This document shows positions 36,803-51,184 of a stretch of 64,000 nucleotides of DNA, in pieces. Each line of letters starts with the position of its first letter. Positions within the stretch are counted from its first letter, which is position 1. Both the position numbers and the translations under genes were made by a program. The notes under the pieces were generated by a model, which was given only the letters and a program-made list of their open reading frames with translations, was not told the origin of the DNA and did not search any database. Source of the stretch: Lytechinus pictus (taxonomy: Eukaryota); NCBI RefSeq assembly GCF_037042905.1, contig NC_087252.1, positions 3,474,001-3,538,000 on the forward strand, read 5' to 3'.

Positions 36803-37376
36803 GGCTCGGTGTAAAAATGGCAAAGGTAAAAATGTCAGAGGTAAAAATGGCATAGGTAAAAATGGCAAAGGTAAAAATGGCAGAGGTAAAAATGGCAAAG
36901 GTAACAATGGCAGAGGTAAAAATGGCAAAGGTAAAAATGGCGGAGGTAAAAATGGCAGAGGTAGAAATGGCAAGATTTAAAAAGCTACTAAAATTATTAC
37001 GTTAACGGGGACGGCATTTGCGAGCAGTTTTCCCCATATATGGTGTAATAAAAATATCAATGAAATGTCATTTAAAATAAAATAAAATGGTTTTAATTGA
37101 ACCTTAAGTTTATTGACATACAAATAATTTCACATCCGCTCCTGAAAGGTTTTTTATTAGCAATCATGAACCACTGATTAAAAAAGATTGAAAAGTAGAT
37201 ATTTTGGTGCATAAATCTTTCTGCCATGTTTACCTCTGCCATTTTTACCTCTGCCATTATTACCTCTGCCATTTTTACCTCTGCCATTTTTACCTCTGCC
37301 ATTTTTACTTCTACCATTTTTACCTTTGCCATTATTACCTCTGCCATTTTTACCTCTGCCATTTTTACCCGGCACC
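36803..37376. mobile_element. Foldback MITE with inverted 15-bp arrays, GG..CC ends and 8-bp TSD (MULE/Merlin-like)
   Basis: (gtaaaaatggcagag)n at 36811-36972 and its reverse complement at 37221-37369. TSD agaaaatg at 36795-36802 and 37377-37384. Confidence 0.85.
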
Positions 37377-37764
37377 AGAAAATGAACGTGAAGAGAAAAT
37401 TTGAGCAGTAACGCGGGGGTAAATAAGCAAACAATTCAAAGAAATGGGAACATTTCTTTACAGGAATATAGAGGCGACAGAGCTCACGAGATTATGTTTG
37501 TTCATTATGGTGTTTTTCCTGTTTCAAACGGAACGCGGGCACCGTATGCAAGGGCGTATGAAGTGTGTGAGTGTTTGAGGGTGTGAAGTGTGGGGGTTTG
37601 CCGAGGGAAGGGGTTGGGTGGGTAAGGAGGGGGTAGGTACAACGCATATACTTTTATAAGTTGTTTTCTCTGATATTTGTTTGTTAAACTCATGTGGTAG
37701 TGGTACGATGCAGTATCTTAGAATATTATTTCATGATGTGCATAATGTATTAGTTTTCAACAAT

Positions 37765-38670
37765 CAAGTAATGCGAGCGCGAAGCGCGAGCTGAATTTTT
37801 TTACATTTCTACATAAAAAATGTAAAATTTTAATCGCTTCTTGTAATCGTAACAGGATAGGAATAAAACTAAACAATTTATTGATGCGAGCGCGAAGCGC
37901 GAGCGGAAAAAAAATCGACATTTAGACCTAAAAACGGGACACTCTATTCATATTTTGTAAATAATGAAAAGAATGAGTAATTGGAAATCATCCTACATTA
38001 TTATTGTGAGCGCAAAGCGCGAGCAGAAATTTTTAATATATGTTTTGATCTGATAAAAAAAAAAATATGTTAACGGCTGCTTGCAGTTAGCCCTGAAGAT
38101 GTTATATATTTCAACAATCAAATAATGCGAGCGCAAAGCGCGAGCTGAAAATTTTGACATTTCTATCTGAACAATGAACATTTTGAGCACTTTTTGTAAT
38201 TGCGAAAAGGAGAACTATGTATCTAAGAACAAGAACATTATGTCATTATATGAAAATGATGACTATATTTTCTTATTCTTCTTTCTAAGTGCGAGATTAA
38301 ACTTGTCGATATTCCATTCTCAAAAAAAGGAAAATTTGATTATTAAATTAATATTTTATTTATTAATCTAATAAGCCTAATGTGAGAGCGCGAAATTTAT
38401 GTATTTATGAATAAGATGCATGAGTTAATATATTTTTAATCATCAATGCGAGCGCAAATCGCGAGCTGAAATTTTAATATTCAGACCATAAAACAGAAAG
38501 TTTTACAGAAAACTTTTTTAAAATCAATTTGTAAATCCAACAAAATAACGAAAGTTCGATTTCCGAGCTAAAATATGTTTTCTATGTTGACTTCAAATTT
38601 TGACATTTCAAGCTCCATATTGATATGTAAATCACCTAACAAGCAATGCGAGTGCGAAGCGCGAGCGAAA
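37765..38670 (+). repeat. Degenerate periodic repeat with the gcgagcgcgaagcgcgag motif
   Basis: The motif recurs about every 110-130 bp; the same family occurs at 3040-3065, 29735-29755, 38920-39160 (inverted) and 58830-60000. Confidence 0.75.
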
Positions 38671-41600
38671 TGTTTTTTATAGTGACATGAAAGATTTTAA
38701 AAATTATTTTCCCAGTCTTCCCTTCATCTTATTTTATTTACTCGGCTTCCTCTTTTTGTGTTTCCCCTTCTTTTTTCTCCTCTCTTTTCTCTTTTTTTAT
38801 TTTTTTCTTTCTTTTCGCCCCCCCCCCCCCCCTTGGATCCGCCTATGCATACATATCCCATTTATAATTACAAATAGTGCTTAGAATGTCAATTCTTTAG
38901 GTCGACATGTCAAAAAGTTTTAGCTCGCGCTTCGCGCTCCCATTATTGAAATAAGTACCGTATTCGTGGGTAGCTGTAAACAGTCTGTTTCCTCTCATGT
39001 TAGAACGTTTATTGAAAATATCTGCTCGAGCTTCGCGTTTGCAGTAATTATCTTGTTACATCTGCGTCTTGTTCAGGATCACAAACAGTGCCCAGAATGT
39101 TCAATTTTAATGACGAAAAAAATGAAAGAAAAAAAAATCGCTCGCGCTTCGCACTCGCGCTTTTTATATAGGGTTTATGAGATTATTTAATATTTACGTT
39201 GTTTTACAGTGCCGGCCGCGGGAAACGTCACAGTGCCCCCTAGGGCGAACGCGGTAGCCCGTAGCGGACATTTGAGGGGAGCGGACGAGGGAAGACGCCC
39301 GCGTCCGCTCCCCTAGGACATGAGTGCCCTAGGGGAGCGCCCGAGGGTAGTCCCGCGTCTATCCTAGGGTGTTTCCGTAGGATGTTCGGCCGTGCATTCT
39401 TGGTCGAAAGAAGAGGACTGCATGTGATTTTTATCTCATATCAAGCATAAGTTTTCGATTATTTATCGTGGATAAAATCTGTTATGAAAATTACAAAGTT
39501 TTGGGTTGATAACTGGGATTTTAGGCTTTTTCACCGAATTACTTATTGTGTTCGATTACACACTGGCACCAGCGTAAATGGTCCTTTCCTATATAATAAT
39601 ATTCTTCCCGTGGTGTCCGTTATTTCATTCACTGACATGGTTAGTCGTGATCGTAAATGAGTTTCTGACAAAGGAGCAGGTATTTGTCGATGTTGACCCT
39701 ACATTCCGGAGGTCGTCCTATAACTGTTTACTATTCTTTCCCTGCATGGTCATCCTTTTTTTATATACCCTGACATGCCTTTCAGTCGCGGATCTACGAG
39801 ATGCAGATAAAAGGGAGAAGAAGAAAATAAAAATGAAAGAAAAGGCGAATATGAAGGGATGGATTGAAGACAAGAAGGAAAGAGATAAGAGAAATAGAAA
39901 TTGTGAGAGAAGGGGAAAGGGGAGAAAGAGAAAATAGAGGGGGGGGCGAAGAGGATAAAGAGGGAGAGGGGGTAAAGAAAAGAAATAAGGAAAAGGTGAA
40001 AATCGAGAAGAAAACAGAGGGGATAAAAAAGGGAAGGTGAGACAGAAAGGAAAATAGATTGAAAATCGAAGGGGATAAGAAGAGTCAAAGGAAGAAAAGG
40101 AAGGACAGAATGAGAAAGAGAGAATGATAAGGAGGGGGAAATTAAATAAAATGAAGAAGGGAGACATAATAAAATGGAGTAAAAAAGCGAAGGAGGGAAG
40201 AGAAGGAAGGGTGCAGGAAAAGGTAAGAAGTACAGGGGACAATAGAAGTGGGACTAAAGAAATGGTAGAGGAAAAGAGAGAAAGCGGGAAGAAAAATATG
40301 GGAAATTGTCCAGTTTTTTATATCAGAAAATACGTTAGTAACTCGCATCTGCCCATTTTTACGCTGATGACAAGTATTGAACATTCTTGCGCTCAATCTT
40401 GTAATTATTTTCTCTCACCTTGCTCACAATTTCCTGCTCTCGTTGCATCAATTAAAAACTTGTTCCGAATTAACATCCGCTCATTCAAGAAAGAAGAAAG
40501 AAAAATGAAAGAAAAAGGCAAATAGGAAGGGATGGAGGGAAAATGAGAAGGAAAATAGAAAAAGTGAGAGAAGCAGAAGGGAGCGAAGAAAAGAAGGGGA
40601 AAGGGGAGAAAGTGAAAATAGAGGGGGCTTATTGTTTCATGGAAATATGGATACCATATAGTTCTGCGGTACTTAGTTATGAAACTTGTTTTACTCAGTA
40701 ATGCTTACACGTGATGATTAAAAGGATTTTCGACTATATAGAGGTGAACCGGGACGGGGCTTTCATTCTTTAACTTGGCTTGACTAATTCAGTTGTTCCC
40801 CGAAAAGAATTGTTAGGTTTGATAGTTAGCGTTTGCGTGAGCACCCACCAAAACTCTTAACAAAAGAAATGAATGGTTTGTATAGCTCCATTCTTGCTTT
40901 GTCGGCAAGTGATAATTAACTCGTTAAGTACCCATTCCACACACTACGTCATAGTAGCTTTCGAAAACATACTTTTACTTGGGTATGTGTTTAAACATTG
41001 AAGCTAAATGTGCTAGAATTTTTTTAAATAGTTACATTATGTAAATAGCTTTTGCTGCTTTGCTCTGAAGCGCATTGAGCATCCAATCAAGATGGAAAGT
41101 GCGCTTTACAAATGCCATGTATTATTATTTTTAGCTGCCATATAACACTGAATTCTGTATTATACCAAGTTGTGACTTGGTTTTATCATTTCCAATTCAT
41201 ATAACAAAATATATTTCGAAGGAAAATCTTGCTTTACTGAAATAAAATAAATAAATAAAAAATGTTTATAACTTTAATTGATGTCCGACAAATCTATCAA
41301 TATAAAACCGCAGTTCGTAAATATGATAGTTTAATCTTTACTTCGACGTCAATTATTCGTGTTTTTATTATCATGTAGGTGTATCAGGGATATTAATATT
41401 CGTTTTAATCCCATCTATAATTTTGTATAAAATTGCGCGAAATATATGCGTTGTTCTCACTATGAAGCTGGAACCCCTCTTCATTTTTCTCATCCTCCTC
41501 TTCCTTCTTCTCCTTTATTATTTCCACCACTTTCATCTCTTCCCAATTCGAATATCTACCAATGTAACTTAAAAACCGCAATAGAGAGCAGGTAATGTAA

Positions 41601-44600
41601 TCAGATGTTTTAGCAAAAAGATAAATCTGTTACATCTATTACATTTAGGTAAATTTATATTTTTTATAGGGTGAGGGTTTTAGAGACCCGATTTGAACCG
41701 AAATGAAAAGAACATCCTCATTTATTGTTGTTAGCGCATCAACAAATTAATCCCCCCCCCCTCATTTCTATGAACATCCTGTCATAAATTGGGAAGCGGA
41801 TGTGATCAAAGGAGATCAATTGTGTGGGCGGGGAGCAAGACTCTACCAGACTGTTGACAATAACAAAAGAACCAAATAACAAATCGATGAGCACAACCAG
41901 TTTTGCTGGTGTTTGCTTTTTGCAAGTCTACTTTGTATGATCTTGGTCATACTAGTATTCGTTTTCACGTACCTTTCATTCCCTTTATTAGGGTTTTATC
42001 AACCATGTCAACGAATTGACGATCCCAATATTGACCGCACGTTTGTTTTAACATAATGAGAATTCGCAAATGCCCTTGATATTCATAATTCTGTTTTATT
42101 TTAAGTTTGTCATTAATGTTTGTTAACATTCACTCTGTTAATAACTTGTCAATTTTGACATTTTGAATTTTATCAAAAAAATAAAGTCTGCTTATTAATG
42201 CCTTTTATCTATTTTAATTATTTTTTGGTTGATATGCCTTTCTTTCTTCTTTCCTGATTCCACCCTGTGCACCCCGTTAAACTCAAGGAAGAATGTTTCA
42301 AATGTTTTCTAGTTCTTACACTGTTCATAATAAGGAGATGGGATTGGGTGTATAGTTTACGCTGAAGGGAGAGGAATGGGTACGTATGGAAAAAAAATAT
42401 CCCAAAAGATAGAGAATTGATCTCCATGACATTAAATCACAATTGTGTCCTATTTTTTCTAAACAAGTTTGTATGATACATGTATGCCTCCCACGTAAGG
42501 CGTAAGGAAAAAAGTTTACCTAATGCATCAAATTAGATTAATTGATTAGATTCATTGCGGTAAATGAAAAACAATAAATTCGATGTTCCAGCCAGGGTGA
42601 CCAGATTTCACAAAATTAAATACGGGACAATCGACAAAGCACTATGTACCATCGGATCGACCGAGCCAGGCCAAAAAATTAACAAAAAGGCTACACAATG
42701 TTAGACTTGTTAACAAAATATATTAAGAAAGGGGAAGGGATGGTGAGCGGAAGAAAGAAAAGAAACAAATAATGAGGAAACAAGAAATGAATTGAGAGGA
42801 AAGAAATAAATAAGGAAAAATTAAAAGGAAAAAAGTTTGAATAAAAGAGAGAACGGTTTCCGTCATTACTTGTAATAAATAAAGAAAGAAAGAATTAAAA
42901 TAAAGGAAGGGAAGATGAATAAATGTGTGAAAGAAAAAACATAAGGAGAGAAAAGAGAAAAGTAAGAAAAATGGAGGAAAAGAGAAAGAAAGAAAGAAAA
43001 ATAATTCCTTCATTATTTGAAAGAAACAAAGACAGAAGAAAACATGAAGGAAGAAAGGGAAATAGGGAATAAGGGAAAAGAATTAAAAGGGAAAACAGAA
43101 TTTTAAAAAAAAAAGAAAAAAAATAACATAAAAAAAAAATAATAATCTACAATAGATTCCGATCACGCTAGTTTAAAAACATAATGGTCTATCACAAGAT
43201 AACCAAAGTACATGCACATGTAAACATAATGCAATGTACGTACCCTAGGGTACCCGAGGATAAGTGCGGGCACGGCCAATAATACCCTGATAGCAGACAC
43301 GGTCGTAATGACGTCATTAACTGATCGTAAAGTGGTAATACTCGTCATGTCGTCGTATTTATGACGTTCTTACGACGTCATTTTGACGACTTTACTGACC
43401 AATTTACGACAAGTAAATTTGCTCGCTTATATGACCAGATTATGACGTGATTACGACGTCATTTACTGACCAATTTACGACAAGTAAATTTGCTTTCTTA
43501 TATGACCAGATTATTACGTGATTACGACGTCATTTATCGACCAATCTGCAACAAATGAATTTGCATTTTTATATGACCACATTATGACGTGATTATGACA
43601 TCATTTATTTACCAAACAACGACAAAGAAATTTTCGTTTTCATGTGACCACATTACGACGTGATTATGACATCAAATTTTACCAATCAACGACGAGGAAA
43701 TTTACAAGTTTAATTTCAAAGCCACATACTATTTTGCCATTTTTTCAACCTTGCCATGTTAGCAAGGCTATTTCTACTTATAAAAGGAAAAGTAAAACTA
43801 AAAAAAAATAGTACAGAATTTTTTTTATTTTAGGTAAAGTATATAATTCTTCAAAGAAAAAAAGTTTCAAAAGCAGTGGCAAAAATAATCATTTCTTAAC
43901 TGGTTGCCAACCAAACCAAACAAGAGGAAGCTTTATATGTCAAAGAAGTTTGTATCTATTCTAAAACTTTTTTTTCGCAAGTGGTGTCATGCCCCGGTGT
44001 CATGCAAACCCCCTATCTAGTTAGCTCACCCCCCCCCCCATGCACGCCCCCCGGGCTCACCCCCTATAAAAAATTCATGATCCGCAGAATTAATTCGCCG
44101 CCGGGCGTCGAGCCTGCGCATGCGCGCTGCAATGCATGCAACTGGCGCAGTCTAGTCGCAACCATTTAATTTGAAAAAGGAATGCGCCCGTTTTTCGCCG
44201 TTAAATGTTGCAGCCTAATTTTGGATCGAGAATTAAGTGCGACGAAGATGGCCGTTAATAATAGTTCTACTACTTTAAGAACACGGTTCAGATTTGGATA
44301 ACGACTTCGAAGGCATTCGCAGGAGACCAAACAGTAAGTTAGATAACCATCTTCTAAGATTTTCTTTTCGGAGCGCGGCTTGCCTTTGGCGTTAGATTTC
44401 GTGCACTGACACTGCTCGGCCGGCCCGGGGTGGCTGCCCCGAGCGCCGGCATGCTGAATAGGACAGGCTGCGCTGGTGGGCTCAGGGCCCAAGTCTGCAC
44501 AGACACAGTGTTGTGGTAACGATATCAAAATGAGTTCGTACAGAATCCAATGAAATGACCACCAAAGTGTCTGTCTATATTTATAAATAATATACGGTAT

Positions 44601-44886
44601 GTGCCAAAGGATTCTGGAAGAAATTGTGTAATTGCTGCGAAATAAGCAAAAAAGCACAGGATTCGGATCAACTCGAGCCAAGGCAAGCGTCGGGCCGACA
44701 TTAATCAGAGCAATAATAACTGTCCCATGTGCTCTTATCTGTGTTGGTGATCTTCAGTTTGAACATTTTTCAGCGTAGATTTCAAGATTTCACAAAGTTC
44801 AGTTTATGTAACTGTACCAGATCTAGGCCTACATCTTTGTACATGTACTATGTAGATCTTCGATGATATACCGTACTGACAATTTT

Positions 44887-45927
44887 TTAAATCCTAAATC
44901 TACCGGGGTATTTTGATTCTTGTCATTCCCGGGGGGGGGGTATTATTGCCCCCCCCCCCCTTATAAGATCTCGGCCGTGGATTGCACGATCACAACGAAA
45001 ATTTGCATGATGGTAGAGAATGACGTAATCTACGTACCGTAGTTGCATTGGTAAATTTCACTGAATTCATATTTTTTTATTTTATATGAATTAATTATGC
45101 TAATTTATTCATGAAATCATACTTTTTGCTCTGATTCACTAAATAAAGCTCCTAGAATGCTATTTTTTGGGTGAAAATATTCTTTATAGCATTCCTAACA
45201 ATTGTGAATGAAAAAAAATCTGGTAGGATCGGGTGTCCGGACACTTTATATTTTTGAAGCCTTCTTTTTTGTCTTAAGATTACACTAAAAATATGAATTC
45301 AATAGTTGTAATCATTAATCTTAGTAATCATCTTCTATTTTGTTCTCTATAATATTTTCTAAAATTTTGTACTAAAATTTGATGAAACTTCGATTGTAAT
45401 TTTTTCCAAATGACTTTCTAAAATTGATCGTCCGGACACACAACCTGTCTGGACACACAACAACTGGGTATATACCAAGACCGATTTCTTATGTATTTTT
45501 TTTTTTTTAAATCATGTATTTCTTTGTTTTTTTACATTTTGTTTTTTATTGTATTTTCGATGGAAATCGTTCTAGACTTAATTCTTATCATAAACAAGGC
45601 AAAATTAATTAAGTTTAATCAGTAAAAGTAAAAATAATGATAAATTTATGAATTTTGGCTAAATACACAATTTGCATTGGATTTGTACATGAAATCATGT
45701 TTATGAGCAATTTTGGGTCCGACATGCACTTACATAATGTTGCGTAATGTCGTAACCGCGTACCCGGGCGTCACAAATTTGGTCTCAAAATTTGCGCGAG
45801 ACTTGAAAGTAAAAAGTCAGTGAGCGGCGCGATCAAAATTTTTTGCGCGACAGCGTAGTGATGAAATTTGTTGAGGGGGGGGTCAAATTGACCCCCCCCC
45901 CCCCCCCCCCAGTTTAATAAGGGTTAA
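44887..45927. mobile_element. piggyBac-like MITE (degenerate left end)
   Basis: Right end ...taataaggg|ttaa, with G-run/C-run hairpins near both ends. Left end ttaaatcctaaat is imperfect. Confidence 0.45.
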
Positions 45928-46029
45928 GGCCGTCACATGAAATGCCCTATATTCATTATTTTTCTACCAAAAGCACCATTTTGAGTAAGATTTTTAATGA
46001 ATAGATCTGTATTCTGTTTGACATTTCAG

Positions 46030-46220
46030 GAGAAAGAGAGGGAGACACAAAACCACCTGTCTCGGTGTCACACATGAGGAGTTGAGGAGGAGATGAAGTC
46101 AGTGAATATGACCTGGCCTGGGGGAGTTTCCAGAAGAAGGCCCAGAATCGCTGGATGCCAGGAGTGGAGATCCTTCGTTGCTGCCCTACATGATAGGAGG
46201 CATCGGGCAGTAGGTAAGTT
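46030..46220 (+). mobile_element. RTE-clade LINE extreme 3' fragment
   Basis: Frameshifted RRKRGRHKTT...EEEMKSVNMTW...QEWRSFVAALH followed by a gtaggtaagt tail, typical of RTE ORF ends. Confidence 0.75.
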
Positions 46221-47389
46221 AGAAGGCTATTTCAGATTTAAAGCCTTTTTTTTGGGGGGGGGGGATCATTGGGAATCTCTATTATCAGAATCACGCAGAT
46301 TTGGGTGTGCACAAACTCGGGGCACCTTATAATCTGTTAATGGTCCTGACTGTACTTCGAGGACTCTGTGATATTTTTTCATTGTATTTTCATTCACGGA
46401 GCCTAGACAAGTCTCTGTTGCCTGTAGAACTTTGTACACTAAGATGGATTTCCCTAGAAAATCCACCCTTCCCACAATAATTTTGGGGCAAACATTTAAT
46501 TTGTCCAATTTGTAAGCTTTTGTACTCTAAACGCATACAAAGGCTTAAAAAATGTTAATTGTTGGAAGGTAAAAATTTTGAAGGATCACTTTCTTACAAT
46601 TCTCACGCTATATAACGCAATGACATGAACTTTAACTCGAGTGACGTACGTATGCAAGAAATACAGAATTGGTGCACATGCATAGCTGATTGATTCATTG
46701 TGCTAGTACTGGTACTAGATCGGTTTGGACGTTCTTATTTCAATGACAAGTTTAGATGGTAAATTGGCGCTAATAAAATTTTGCATTGGTCGATGTCGCG
46801 ATGCCAGAAAACTAATTCCACCTCAAAATTTGTCAGATTTTTTTTGCAAAATATATATTTAATTGATCCTTGACCTGAATTTAAGCCAAATCAGGCATAG
46901 GGAATGGCTGTATTTCAGCCTCAAAGTTCGAATTCTCGGTCCTGACAGTCCTGGTTACCCCATAACCATTTAAAACACATAAAAAAGGCATGAATTAAAA
47001 TTGTAATTATAAAAAATAATATTTTTATGTGTCAAATAAATTGATTCTAAAATTTCCTTCCTTATACAGAGATGGTTAAAGGTCTTGAGGGCATCATGCC
47101 CCCCCCCCTCGACTTGACTTAACATGTTAATATTTGAAGTATAAAATATGTAACAAACTCCACATCGTTTTTTAATCATTTAAAATAAATTGGAAATTAA
47201 TATTGAAACCATCTAGTTTTTAATGAAGATTAATAAATAGTTTATGTAGAAAAAGTTTTTATGTTTCTCCTCTTCTGTTATTTTTGCAGATGCTGTAATT
47301 TGAAACGGAAGGTGTCCTGCCAATAAATTTTCATCCCACCTGAACTGCCTTGCCTGCCTGCACCCAGTCATCTGTTCCTGAGCATTTTC

Positions 47390-48007
47390 ATTTTCCTCTA
47401 TTTTTCATCATCGTTTGTTTCGGCCTGTATGAAGTGAATTTCACATTGATTGGTGGAGCTGCTAAGTTGGCATTACAGGGCCACGCCGGGGTATGATCCT
47501 TTGGGTTGAACATCATGACTGCTAGTTGGTCTGCAAAGGTGATGGGATCGATCAATGTCACATGGAGTAAGATCGATACCAATCTGCTTTGCTACATTTC
47601 GAACAATCTCATACGGATACAGATATTATTGCGACAGGAGTACTGCTCGATGTGGTCAAGCCTATTTGACAAAGCATTATGGTGTTAGTCATGTTATCAG
47701 AAACCGATTTTTCAAAATCACGGAGTTGCTTCAATTTAGTATCGATAGATATTTCAAGAACGTGTAGACTAGTGATCTTTTCATCAAGAATTTCACGCAA
47801 TTTATTTTCGCGCTTATCCATGTCATCATTGAGTTTTTGTCTCTCGCGTTCCATTGCCACGGCCACCGCTCTTTGAACGACTTAGATATCAATATAATCT
47901 AGGTATGCTGGGCTTTGTTTAGATCCAGTTAATGATGAAGCAGAGGATTGTGTACATGCGTTAGCCGAGTGCAAGGGGCCTCTTGATCTGGTGGATATCT
48001 TAGACAT
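47390..48007 (-). pseudogene. Decayed LINE ORF1 (coiled coil plus L1-ORF1/Transposase_22-like RRM)
   Basis: ATG at 48007; coiled coil MERERQKLNDDMDKRENKLREILDEKI; after a frameshift LDHIEQYSCRNNI; then PINVKFTSYRPKQTMMKNRGK. Confidence 0.75.
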
Positions 48008-49107
48008 GTTAGAGATTACGTAATGATATAATTGAAAAGTGGGATGGGCTGTGCATCTGCCAACTCACCAGTCAACCAATTAGAGACGGCCTTCCAAAGT
48101 GACACAGCACGAAAATATCAATATGGGACTGGTCTAGTCAACACATAGATCCTGAAAAAACCATGGAGACCGCAGACGCAAAATGACTTCCATACATAAA
48201 GATATGATGCACAATTTCCAGTGGGTTCAAAACACTGAACACATGCTATGCTGATACACAGACTATTATAAGAACTTTATCAAGCAAAGGAAATCTGGTA
48301 TGAAATCTCTCAGCTCACATAAAAAGCCTACGTAGCTACATGTAGGGAAGAAAATGCGTAATTGCTGAGAAATGAGCAAAATAAGCATGTAATTCTATCA
48401 AATGTCAGGTATTTTTCGAATCGATTATAATACACTGTCCCACATATGCTTTTCTGTGTTTACAGCGATCATCAGAATTATCGATTAAGTTAAAAAATTC
48501 ATGATTTTACAAAGATACAAGTTTACATTAATGTACCAGATGTAGATTATGTACAATATATTGACAATTAACTTTGATTTTATAGATTTTCTCAAGAAAT
48601 AATTGTTTGCTGCAACTACTGTCTTTTCCTTCTAAGTGATAGTGTAATACAACAGTTCCACAAACTATTTTCATCAGACTTATTGATGCATGATTCTTTC
48701 ACCCAAATGCAAGCTTCCATAAATCCTGAAAACTTTGCAACTCAGGTATTTTTTTTTTTACATACAGTATATTTTTTCCTACATTACATAGTTGCCTTAA
48801 GTTAATAGCGCACCTCTAGTAGTAACTATCTTAAAATGAGTTCGAACAGAATCCAACAGAATTACCAGCAAAGTGTATGTATATATAAAAGATGTGTGCC
48901 AAAAAGCTCGGGAAGAAAATGTGTAATTGCTGAGAAATATACAAAATAAGCATGTAATTCTATCAAATGTCAGGTATTTTTCAAATCAATCATAATACAC
49001 TGTCCTGTCCCACATATGCTTTTCTGTGTTAGTGATCATCAGAATTATTGATTTTAAGATCAAAATTCATGATTTTACAAAGATACAAGTTTACATTAAT
49101 TTACCAG

Positions 49108-49378
49108 GGCCCCGTCTTACAAAGAGTTATGATTGATCCGATCAATCGCAACTATGGACGGTCAGCAACGTTAACATCTATTAAGCATGTTTGTTCAAAA
49201 TATTTTCTAGCTATGATGTATGTTCATGCATTCATTGTTTTCTCAAAAATTCGCTGCGCTTCTCTTTGCATACAAAGGACATTGTGCAAATTTTTCGTAG
49301 AAAAAAATTATGACACTAATGGATTTCCATAGAGTTATGATTGATCGGATCAATCGTAACTCTTTGTAAGACAGGGCC
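49108..49378. mobile_element. Harbinger-like MITE with CAG TSD
   Basis: TIR ggccc(c/t)gtcttacaaagagtta(t/c)gattgatccgatcaatc; cag on both sides. The empty site taccagatgtag is in the adjacent tandem copy at about 48534-48545. Confidence 0.9.
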
Positions 49379-51184
49379 CAGATCTAGATTATGTACAATA
49401 TTTTGACAATTAACCTTAATTTTAAAGACTTTCCGAAGAAATAATTGTTTGCTGCAACTACTGTCTTTTACCCCTGGCCCTAAGTGATAGTGTAATACAA
49501 CCCAAACATTTCATAAGAATTAATGTACATGTATGATTCTTTCACCCAAATGCGAGCTTCCATAAATCCTGAAACTATTCCAACTCGGGTATTTTTTTTT
49601 ACATACAGTATATTTTTACCTACATTACATAGTTGTCTAAAGTTGAAGGTATATTTAATTACAATTTCAACGAAAAAGCTTTATTCTTGGAGATCATTAT
49701 GCCTCTGTTATGTATTAATGTGTATTTATACATGTACAATTGTATGTATTGGTATAACAAACATTGTAATTTCATTCCTTTGACCCTAAAACTGCATTTT
49801 CATAGAAAAGTGTTTTTTTTTTCAATCTATTTAGAGTTTTCAACATTTTGTATTCCTTTTTTTTTTTGCTGGTAATATGTTATGCAACTTTTATTTATTA
49901 ATAGAATATTTGCCACGATTTCGTAATTGAAATGTGTACATGTATTTGATTTCGTTTTCCATTTTTGTATATATTCTTTTTCGGGGGGGGGGGTCATGTT
50001 CTTGAGACCGAGACAAGTTATGTAAGGCCCTGGCATGGAGGATCATTATATTGTTACTGGGAATGCTGGACATTGTCAGACCACCTCAGTATTCACCAAA
50101 TATAGATAATCCTCAATGACAAGGTCTTTGAAGTGATGTGTGTATGTACATTGCATGTAGAATTTAATGTTTAGGTCATTATCACGTCAGAATACGTTAA
50201 GATATCATAGTTGACTCCAAAAGACGTCATATTCATTTCAATATGCGACGTCAATATGACGTCTATTACTAGTCAGCAATATGTTGCAAAGTCGTCATTC
50301 AGACGTCGTAGTTGACTTATAAAGACGTCAGGAATACGTCGCAAAGTTGTCATTAAGACGTCGTAGATGACTTTTAAAGACGTCATAATTACATCAATAT
50401 GACGTCTAAAACCGGTCAGGAACACGTTGCACGGATGTCATTAAGACGTCGTTGTTGACTCTCGAAGACGTCATAATCACGTCAATACACGACGTCAATC
50501 TGACCCTTGATACTGGTCAGGAAAACGTTGTAAAGACGTCATTAAGACGTCGTAGTCACTCTTGGAGACGTCATAATGACGTCAATATACGACGTCATAA
50601 TGACGTTATTCGCGGGTGCAAGATCCCGTCAATAAGACGTCATGTTACGACGTCAAAATGACGTGACACTCGTCGTTAAACTGACGTAATTATGACGTCA
50701 TTTTTACCAGTTTCTGCTATCAGGGTATATAGCACGCAGGAAACTGCGGGCGCGTCTAAACACCCTAGTCTGCTCCCCTTGAATACCCTCGGTTAGACGC
50801 GAAAGCCCCCTAGGGTGTTTGCGTGCTCGGGCGTGACGTTTCCTGCGGCCGGCACTGTATAAGAATAAAGTTAAGAAGTGACTGATCGGGGAAAATATAG
50901 GTGAAGATAATTTCGGGCTCCACCCCCAGTCGGATCTGCCCTTGTGACATAGTCTATACACACACACAGAAAAAAAATGTTGCCCCCCCCCCCTTGAAAA
51001 ATCAAGGACCCCCCCCCCCCCCCCCCCGGAAAAAAATCCCAGCTACGCCACTGGTTGCTGGGATTACTTGATGGCAAAGATGGATGTATTGTTAGGCTGT
51101 TTATAAGAGCCGTTGGTTCCACCAGTTTAAAGTTGCAATTGCGGGAGGCGTTCTTCTGTTCTATTTCTGAACTAAATAGAACCA

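Larger units (their letters stand above)
43285..50725. mobile_element. 7.4-kb non-autonomous CMC/EnSpm-like element
   Basis: ta|ccctgatagcaga ... tctgctatcaggg|ta. Dense gacgtc/atgacgt subterminal repeats at 43300-43700 and 50180-50700. Copy 1 of the host element shows the empty site (about 14510-14522). Confidence 0.85.
39207..50857. mobile_element. TA-TSD element copy 2 (same family as 10600-14646) carrying a 7.4-kb nested insertion
   Basis: Same TIRs and TA flanks. 39207-43284 and 50726-50857 are colinear with copy 1, with about 130 bp extra at about 40170-40303. Confidence 0.92.

Noticed and set aside
36779..37434. Pentapeptide-repeat-like ORFs (PFLPL, KMAEV, AIFTS)
   Set aside because: Artefact of a stop-free 15-bp tandem unit in a MITE.
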